From NCBI GenBank assembly GCA_963422735.1, contig OY730476.1, positions 4,352,001 to 4,416,000 on the forward strand: a DNA stretch of 64,000 nucleotides, in the 5' to 3' direction. Below the pieces are notes generated by a model, which was not told where the DNA came from, searched no databases, and saw nothing but the letters and a program-made list of their open reading frames with translations. Positions 57,804 to 64,000 of the stretch are shown here, piece after piece. The translations under genes were made by a program, and so were the position numbers. The first letter of the stretch is position 1. Each line of letters starts with the position of its first letter. The DNA comes from Candidatus Latescibacterota bacterium (lineage in GTDB: Bacteria; Latescibacterota; UBA2968; UBA8231).

Positions 57804-60473
57804 ATGAAAAACTACCGGCGCTTAATTGCGATCGCGGCGTTCCTTTTGGCCGTGCGCCCAACCTTTGGACAAGCCCCCCATCCCAGCGACCCCTACTTCG
57901 CCCTCGACCGCGTGCTCGATGTGGCCATTGAGATGGCACCCGAAGATTGGGACCGCCTGCGCGCCCAGACGCGAACCTTCGCGGATATACTCGGCGGAGC
58001 CGACTGCCTCGACAGCCCCCCGGATGACATCTTCTCTTGGTTTGAGGCGACCGTGACTGTGGATGGCGAAACCCTTGTGCAAGTCGGCGTCCGCAAGAAA
58101 GGGTTCTTAGGATCGCTGAGTAAGGTCAAACCCGCGCTCAAGGTCCGCTTTGACAAGTTTATCGACGGTCAGCTCCTCGGCGGCGCGATGAAACGCCTGA
58201 CGCTGAACAATGCCCAGCAAGACCCATCCATGCTCAATACCTGCATGGCCTACCACATCTTCACCGCCGCCGGCCTGCCAGCGCCGCGCTGCAACTTTGC
58301 TACCGTTGCGGTAAACGGCGAGAACCTGGGCTTGTACGTACACGTCGAGAGCATGAAAACCGCCTTTTTAGAGCGAAATTTCTCCGATCCAAGCGGCAAT
58401 CTCTACGAAGGTACCGTCAGCGACTTCCGCCCCAAGTGGCGCGGCACTTGGCAGAAGAAAACCAACGAGGCGGAGGCAGACTGGTCGGATATCGACGCGG
58501 TCGTCTCCGCGCTGCAAAATTCTTCCCCGGCCGGCCTCGAAGCCCTCGCCGACGCCATTGACCTCGACCACTTCCTCACCTTCTGGGCCGTCGAAGTGCT
58601 CATCGGGCACTGGGATGGGTACGCTGGCAACCGCAATAACTTCTACGTTTACCGCGAGCCGGATGCGCCTTTTGTGTTCATGCCTTGGGGCGCAGATCAA
58701 GTTTTCACCTCGACCGATGGTCCGTTCGACGATTTTGAGTCGCCGCCTGCGGTCATGGCGCACGGGGCCATCGCCCACCGTTTGTACCGCGACGACGCGA
58801 TGCGAGCCGTTTATGTAAGCCGCCTCAAGCAACTGCTCGACGCGGTGTGGAACGAAGAAGAGTTACTCAACCTCGCAGACGAGATGGCGGCGATTGTTCA
58901 GCAGCACACGCTGGCCAAAAGGCGCGCCCATGCCGCTCGCGACGCAGACCGGGTGCGCCGGTTCATCCGCGGGCGGCGGGCGGTGATTTTGGCCGATCTC
59001 GACCCAGAGCCGCCCGCTTGGCCTTGGCCGCTGACCGCGGCCGACATCTGCTGGCCGGAAAGGGGCGCGTTTGAGCTGCGCTTTGAGACGACATGGGGGT
59101 CGAGCGCCAGCGAGAATCCGCTGGGGGAAGGGACGGTCTCGTTCACCCATTATCAGCTCGACGGCAAAGAGCAGCGCTTCGAGCGCTCGGGTGCCACCGC
59201 TGGCTTTGAAGAAGGCGACGCCCAAGAAGAGGAAGGCTGGGATGGAACCTTGGGTGCGCTCGACGCCAACGGCAACGGCGTTTTCGACCAAGAGGACTAC
59301 GATGCAGCCATCGCGCTAGGCATCGAGGAGCTTCCGCCGTGGGAGGTGATTCTGGCCTTTGATCTCAATGGCGACGGAGCCATAGACCGGGGCGAGTTTG
59401 AGGACGCGGAGGAAGGCGAGGCCGAGGAAGGAGAAAGCTGGGATGAAGCGCGTGCGTCCATCTCTATCGTCAGCCTCGGTCAGGACGCAGCCATAGACAT
59501 ACTCACGGCTACGCTGCCGATTGACCGAGTAGCGAGCGGTGTCAGCCTAGCCATCGACATGGATGCGGTCAGTGGCTACCACTTGTTGTTGTCGGCCCCC
59601 GGTCCCCCGGAGCAGTTTGACCTAATCGGCAAGGGAGGGATTGAGTTCGACGAGGCCAGCACAGAACCGGGCGCAAGGGTTGCGGGCCGGTTCTACGGCA
59701 CTTTGTTCAGCCTTGAAGGAGAGACTTCGGCCGAAGCAAGCGACGACAGAGCGGCGACAGACACTGGACTGATTATCAACGAGGTCGCCGCCCAGGGCGA
59801 TCCGCTCGATTGGTTTGAACTATACAATGCCTCGCATGAGCCGATAGAGCTTGCAGACTTGGTGATGGCCGACGATCTGACGGACGAGAGTAAGCGCACT
59901 CCCTTCCCGTCCGGCACGGTCATTGAGGCGGGGGCCTATCTACAGGTTCAGCTAGATAAAGATGGGTGGCCCGGCTTTGCCCTCGGCCGCGACGAAGAGC
60001 TGGGCATCTGGACGGCAGATGGCGCACTAGTTGCTAGCGTCAATTGGGAAAAAGGCCAGGCCGACGAGGGAATGAGTTGGGCGCGTCTGCCTGACATTAC
60101 GGGCGACTTTCAGACCGTAAATACTCCTACACCGGGTGCTCGGAATGATATCCAGACGGCTATTGCCGAGCAGACCGCAGGAGTGCCCGAGGCGTTTGGG
60201 TTGCACGGCAACTGGCCCAATCCGTTCAACGCCAATACGGTCATTGCCTTTGACGTGCCAAGGACCATACCTGTGCATCTGGTGGTGTACGACGTGCTCG
60301 GACGCCGCGTCCGCATTCTGCACAGCGGAGAGACGCTGACGGCCGGCCACTATCGCACTCCTTGGAATGGCCGCGACGACGAGGGTCGGCCGGCTGCCAG
60401 CGGCGTCTATCTGTACCGACTCACCGCCGGGGAGGACTTTGCTATGGTGGGGCGGATGGCCTTGATCCGCTAG
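57804..60473 (+). CDS. secreted CotH-family kinase with an EF-hand insert, a lamin-tail domain and a PNPFN/FlgD-type C-terminal domain
   Basis: VGVRKKG, LTLNN, GLYVHVE, HWDGY..NRNNFY, DANGNGVFD/DLNGDGAID, IINEV..DWFELYN and NWPNPFN motifs. Confidence 0.88.
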   Translation: MKNYRRLIAIAAFLLAVRPTFGQAPHPSDPYFALDRVLDVAIEMAPEDWDRLRAQTRTFADILGGADCLDSPPDDIFSWFEATVTVDGETLVQVGVRKKGFLGSLSKVKPALKVRFDKFIDGQLLGGAMKRLTLNNAQQDPSMLNTCMAYHIFTAAGLPAPRCNFATVAVNGENLGLYVHVESMKTAFLERNFSDPSGNLYEGTVSDFRPKWRGTWQKKTNEAEADWSDIDAVVSALQNSSPAGLEALADAIDLDHFLTFWAVEVLIGHWDGYAGNRNNFYVYREPDAPFVFMPWGADQVFTSTDGPFDDFESPPAVMAHGAIAHRLYRDDAMRAVYVSRLKQLLDAVWNEEELLNLADEMAAIVQQHTLAKRRAHAARDADRVRRFIRGRRAVILADLDPEPPAWPWPLTAADICWPERGAFELRFETTWGSSASENPLGEGTVSFTHYQLDGKEQRFERSGATAGFEEGDAQEEEGWDGTLGALDANGNGVFDQEDYDAAIALGIEELPPWEVILAFDLNGDGAIDRGEFEDAEEGEAEEGESWDEARASISIVSLGQDAAIDILTATLPIDRVASGVSLAIDMDAVSGYHLLLSAPGPPEQFDLIGKGGIEFDEASTEPGARVAGRFYGTLFSLEGETSAEASDDRAATDTGLIINEVAAQGDPLDWFELYNASHEPIELADLVMADDLTDESKRTPFPSGTVIEAGAYLQVQLDKDGWPGFALGRDEELGIWTADGALVASVNWEKGQADEGMSWARLPDITGDFQTVNTPTPGARNDIQTAIAEQTAGVPEAFGLHGNWPNPFNANTVIAFDVPRTIPVHLVVYDVLGRRVRILHSGETLTAGHYRTPWNGRDDEGRPAASGVYLYRLTAGEDFAMVGRMALIR

Positions 60474-60483
60474 CCGATTTTGT

Positions 60484-60533
60484 ACGGGTAACGCTTATAA
60501 CTGGCAAGGTGTTAAAGTAAGCGACGCCGGAAA
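60484..60533 (+). promoter_or_regulatory. conserved upstream motif, ECF-sigma promoter-like (copy 2)
   Basis: ACGGGTAAC-N15-GGTGTTAAAG-N8-GCCGGAAA. Confidence 0.6.
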
Positions 60534-60567
60534 GAGTACGGGGACGGACCACTGACTCCGAGGGAAC

Positions 60568-62880
60568 GTGAATCCATTGAGAGCGATCATAACTTTAATT
60601 ATGGCGGTGGCTGTAATGGCCGGCCTACACAGCACGTCATGGGCGCAGACCCAGCTACCTCAACGCACTAGTACCCTCAGTGGGTTCGTCCGCGATAGCA
60701 GCGACGGCGAGCACTTGCCCAATGCCGCGGTCGCCATCGCTGTTGAAAACCGAGCAATGGGTGCGCTGAGCAACGCCGAAGGCTATTACGCCATCCCGGA
60801 TATCCCGGCGGGGACTTGGGTCGTTATTGCGTCCTACATTGGTTACACAACCCACCGCGACACGCTGGCACTGACCGCTGGCCAAGCCCTGAGCTGGGAT
60901 ATCGAACTGGAGCGGCAAGTGCTGGAGATGGGGGAGGTCGTCGTGGAGGCCGAGGCGACCGAGACGGAGAGCGAAGTGAACCAGCGGCCGAGCGTGATTG
61001 CCCTGCAAGTAACGGACTTACAACAGATGGCGGCCATGGCCGAGCCGGATCTGCTGCGCAGTTTGCAACTGCTGCCGGGCGTGCAATCGGCATCGGATTT
61101 TAGCAGTGGACTCTACGTGCGCGGCGGCGGCCCCGACCAAACCGGCATCTTGCTCGATCAGATTCGGCTCTACAACCCGTCGCACGCCTTCGGCTTCTTC
61201 TCCACCTTCAACCCGGACGCTATCAAGGATGTCACTTTCTACAAGGGGGCCTATCCGGCCCAATACGGCGGCAGCCTGAGTGCCATCCTCGATGTACAAA
61301 ACCGCGATGGCAACCGCCGGAACTTTAGCACCAGCGGCGGCATTAGCCTGATCTCTAGCCGGCTTATGAGCGAGGGCCCTCTCGACCAAGGCTCTTGGAT
61401 GGTGGCCGGTCGGCGCACGTATATTGATCCGGTACTTAGGGCGGTGCGGCGGAGCACCGACGAACTCGATGGCCTCGGCTACTGGTTTTACGATGTCAAC
61501 GCCAAGGTGAACACCCAGCTTGGTCCCAACGACAACATCATGCTCAGCGCGTACGGGGGCAACGATCATCTCGACATCAGCGTGAGCGATAACAGCACCT
61601 ATAGCGACAGCACCAACACCTTTTCCTTTGGCAATAGCTGGGGCAACGAGGCGCTGACCGGGCGCTGGACGCATGTGTTTTCGCCGGTGCTCTTCGGGCG
61701 CATGATCGCCCTGTATTCCAACTATCAAAGCGACATCACCCTCGATTTTTTTGGTACGCCTATCGCGGTACGCAATCGCGTACGGGATGTCTCTGTCAAG
61801 GCAGACCTCGACTACTTCGCCGCGGCCGATCACACCCTGCGCACTGGGGCTGGCCTTACATTCTTCCGCTTTGATTACGGGGTCCGCTTTGATCAGTACA
61901 AATACGATCAGGCCCTCAGGCCCTATCTCTTGTCGGCCTATATCCAAGACGACTGGCAAATGACGCCGCTGACCGAGGCCAATCTGGGCCTGCGCGGAAC
62001 CTATTACGAAGAGGGCGGGCACCTGTCGCTCAACCCGCGCTTTTCGCTGAGTCGCGTGCTGCAAGAAGGCTGGCGCGTCAAGCTGGCCGGGGGCAGCTAT
62101 CGACAATACTTGCAACTGGTGTCGTCGGAGGGCTTCAGCGGCGGCGACCTGTGGCTTCCCCTCGACGAAACGGTAGAACCCGGGCACTCCTATCAGGCGG
62201 TTTCGGGTTTGGAGTGGGAGCCTTCCAACAGCTATCGGTTCAGCCTCGAGACCTACTATACAGACTTGACCAACCTCGTCGTCTTCGACGAGGAGCGGGA
62301 GCAAAACGATGAGCAGGAAACCTCCGAGGACGTGTTCAAAACCGGCGGTACCGGCTATGCTACCGGGGTGGAGCTATTTGTTGAAAAGCGCCGCGGGCGT
62401 CTCAGCGGCTGGCTGGGCTACACCCTCGGATGGACGCGGCGGATGTTCCCTGATATTGATGGCGGCCGGACCTTTCCGCCCAAATACGACCGACGCCACG
62501 ATGTGTCGTTGACGGCGACCTATCGCTTGGCCCGCTGGACTTGGACCGCCAATTTCGCGTACGGCACCGGCCAGGCCTACACGCAGGCCGCGGCCCGCTA
62601 CACCCTGCGCGACCCGGCCTCTGACCGCCCCGTTGACCGACTGCTGGCGGCGCGGCGCAACACCGCCCGGCTGCTGCCCTACCACCGCTTGGATATCGGA
62701 ATGCGGCGCACATTCGGGCTGTTTGGCGCGGATGTCGATTTCTATCTGCAGATTTTCAACGCCTACAGCCGCCGCAACGAATGGTTCGTCCAGTACGATC
62801 CCAACGATTCTACCGAGCAACCGATTGTAGTTAAGATGCTGCCCATCGTGCCGACCTTCGGCTTTGACTTCAGGTTTTAA
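60568..62880 (+). CDS. TonB-dependent receptor
   Basis: CarboxypepD-like N-domain, LQLLPGV...YVRGGGPDQ plug, KYDRRH, YHRLD and a terminal Phe. Confidence 0.93.
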   Translation: MNPLRAIITLIMAVAVMAGLHSTSWAQTQLPQRTSTLSGFVRDSSDGEHLPNAAVAIAVENRAMGALSNAEGYYAIPDIPAGTWVVIASYIGYTTHRDTLALTAGQALSWDIELERQVLEMGEVVVEAEATETESEVNQRPSVIALQVTDLQQMAAMAEPDLLRSLQLLPGVQSASDFSSGLYVRGGGPDQTGILLDQIRLYNPSHAFGFFSTFNPDAIKDVTFYKGAYPAQYGGSLSAILDVQNRDGNRRNFSTSGGISLISSRLMSEGPLDQGSWMVAGRRTYIDPVLRAVRRSTDELDGLGYWFYDVNAKVNTQLGPNDNIMLSAYGGNDHLDISVSDNSTYSDSTNTFSFGNSWGNEALTGRWTHVFSPVLFGRMIALYSNYQSDITLDFFGTPIAVRNRVRDVSVKADLDYFAAADHTLRTGAGLTFFRFDYGVRFDQYKYDQALRPYLLSAYIQDDWQMTPLTEANLGLRGTYYEEGGHLSLNPRFSLSRVLQEGWRVKLAGGSYRQYLQLVSSEGFSGGDLWLPLDETVEPGHSYQAVSGLEWEPSNSYRFSLETYYTDLTNLVVFDEEREQNDEQETSEDVFKTGGTGYATGVELFVEKRRGRLSGWLGYTLGWTRRMFPDIDGGRTFPPKYDRRHDVSLTATYRLARWTWTANFAYGTGQAYTQAAARYTLRDPASDRPVDRLLAARRNTARLLPYHRLDIGMRRTFGLFGADVDFYLQIFNAYSRRNEWFVQYDPNDSTEQPIVVKMLPIVPTFGFDFRF

Positions 62881-62883
62881 GCC

Positions 62884-63831
62884 ATGTACCGCTACCTACT
62901 GCTGCTACCACTGCTGCCACTGCTGTCTTGCAGGGCCCCTGGGCCGCTGGCAGCCGACCGCGACCCCAACGAACTGTTTGGCCCCAGCGAGGCCAACCTC
63001 ATCGTCGTCGATGCCATTCTCATCGTCGATGCGCCGCTGCCGCCTGTCATCCTGCGGCGCACGGTCGCTCCCGGTAGTTCCTATTTGGCTGCGGCAACGG
63101 TGCTGGAGGGGGCCACGGTCTCCATCCACAGCGGCGACGCGGTGTTCAACTACCGCTCCGACCCGGCCGCGGCCGGCCGCTACCTGCCGCCGGACGACGC
63201 GCCGATGGTCGAACCCGAGCGCCTGTACGAGTTGCGCTTCAACACCGACGACTCTTTAGAAGTGCGCGCCCAGACCCAGACACCGGCGCGTATCCGCATC
63301 GACGAGTTGCGGCTCTTAGAAGACGACTTAGAGACCGAGCTGCAACGGCTCAGGCTGTTTTCCGAGATTGGCGACGGGGTCTATAAAGCCGCGGAAAACC
63401 AGTTGGAGTACGATAAGGGTGTGCTAGAAGCCCAATTTCACGCCGATGGTGTCGCTATATCCTACCAAGTACGCGCAGCCAACCTAGAGCGTTCCAGCCC
63501 GCTGTTGGTTGACGACGACTGGATTGAGGACCTCGAAGACGAAGACTTTGAGCTCGAACGCCTAGAGACCTCTCCCCTGCTGAATCTGGAAAGCGGCATA
63601 CTCTATCTGCCTTGGGACGGCATCTACTATGCCGGGCGCTATAAAATCAAGCTCTTTGCTGTCGATCAAAACTGGTTCGACTTGGTCCGCACCGACAATG
63701 TGGATGCGGAACGGGGCAGCGGCGAGGCCGGCCAGAGCTTTCAACGGCCGCTTTTCCACGTCGAGAACGGGATCGGCCTGTTTGCTTCCGCCGCAGTGGA
63801 CTCCTTCGGCTTCTCTGTCCGAGCGCATTAG
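62884..63831 (+). CDS. DUF4249-like lipoprotein
   Basis: Lipobox LLSC and C-terminal VENGIGLFAS; lies downstream of the TonB receptor. Confidence 0.75.
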   Translation: MYRYLLLLPLLPLLSCRAPGPLAADRDPNELFGPSEANLIVVDAILIVDAPLPPVILRRTVAPGSSYLAAATVLEGATVSIHSGDAVFNYRSDPAAAGRYLPPDDAPMVEPERLYELRFNTDDSLEVRAQTQTPARIRIDELRLLEDDLETELQRLRLFSEIGDGVYKAAENQLEYDKGVLEAQFHADGVAISYQVRAANLERSSPLLVDDDWIEDLEDEDFELERLETSPLLNLESGILYLPWDGIYYAGRYKIKLFAVDQNWFDLVRTDNVDAERGSGEAGQSFQRPLFHVENGIGLFASAAVDSFGFSVRAH

Positions 63832-63936
63832 TTCAAGGTCGAACCACGCGGCCGTCGGCCCGGCGATCCTCGGCCGCATAACGCCCAATTTTGGGACAAG
63901 CCGCCCACAATGGGGCGCGATTCAGGGAGAAAGATA

Positions 63937-64000
63937 ATGACACGCTCTACTTCTTGTCTGATCTGTATTTTTTTGAGTGCAACCTTCAGTTTCTCGGCTC
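63937..64000 (+). CDS. start of a probable secreted protein (truncated by the window edge)
   Basis: GGAG RBS, then MTRSTSCLICIFLSATFSFSA, which looks like a signal peptide. Confidence 0.45.
   Translation, partial: MTRSTSCLICIFLSATFSFSA

Noticed and set aside
61018-62304. 428-aa antisense ORF
   Set aside because: It is a shadow of the TonB-dependent receptor and has no recognisable motifs.

Overview
This is a GC-rich bacterial chromosomal segment. Several features suggest an FCB-superphylum lineage such as Latescibacterota/Handelsmanbacteria-like, possibly host-associated (inference only): PNPFN/FlgD-type C-terminal domains, a PorV-like protein, YWTD and lamin-tail repeats, PhyH dioxygenases and a SWGRIK tail. 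Housekeeping blocks are ndk-yceD-rpmF-fabH-fabD-fabG-acpP-fabF, uvrC-xerD, ecfT-truA, pssA-tatA-gatA, dusB and sodN. They alternate with an NMT1/SsuA-type ABC transporter, two sugar ABC systems with sugar-acid dehydratases, epimerases and gamma-glutamyltransferases, and large secreted proteins (a 9x lamin-tail protein with hexamer-repeat linkers, a CotH kinase fusion, and a TonB receptor plus lipoprotein). Small conflict-type cassettes sit at operon junctions with no nearby integrase. The best candidate for an uncharacterised system is a dual-OB protein plus two DUF488 proteins splitting an ABC operon (16259-18013). Other cassettes are an AAA/PD-(D/E)xK gene, Uma2, an MNT-HEPN pair bracketed by a diverged duplicate gene end, and AAA-DUF4143. 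Also visible are an IS1595 remnant, two GTAG REP-like hairpins, a 2.1-kb segment bounded by inverted repeats, sigma54- and ECF-type promoter motifs, and several pseudogenes. No rRNA, tRNA or CRISPR array was seen. Family names come from motif recognition, not database searches.
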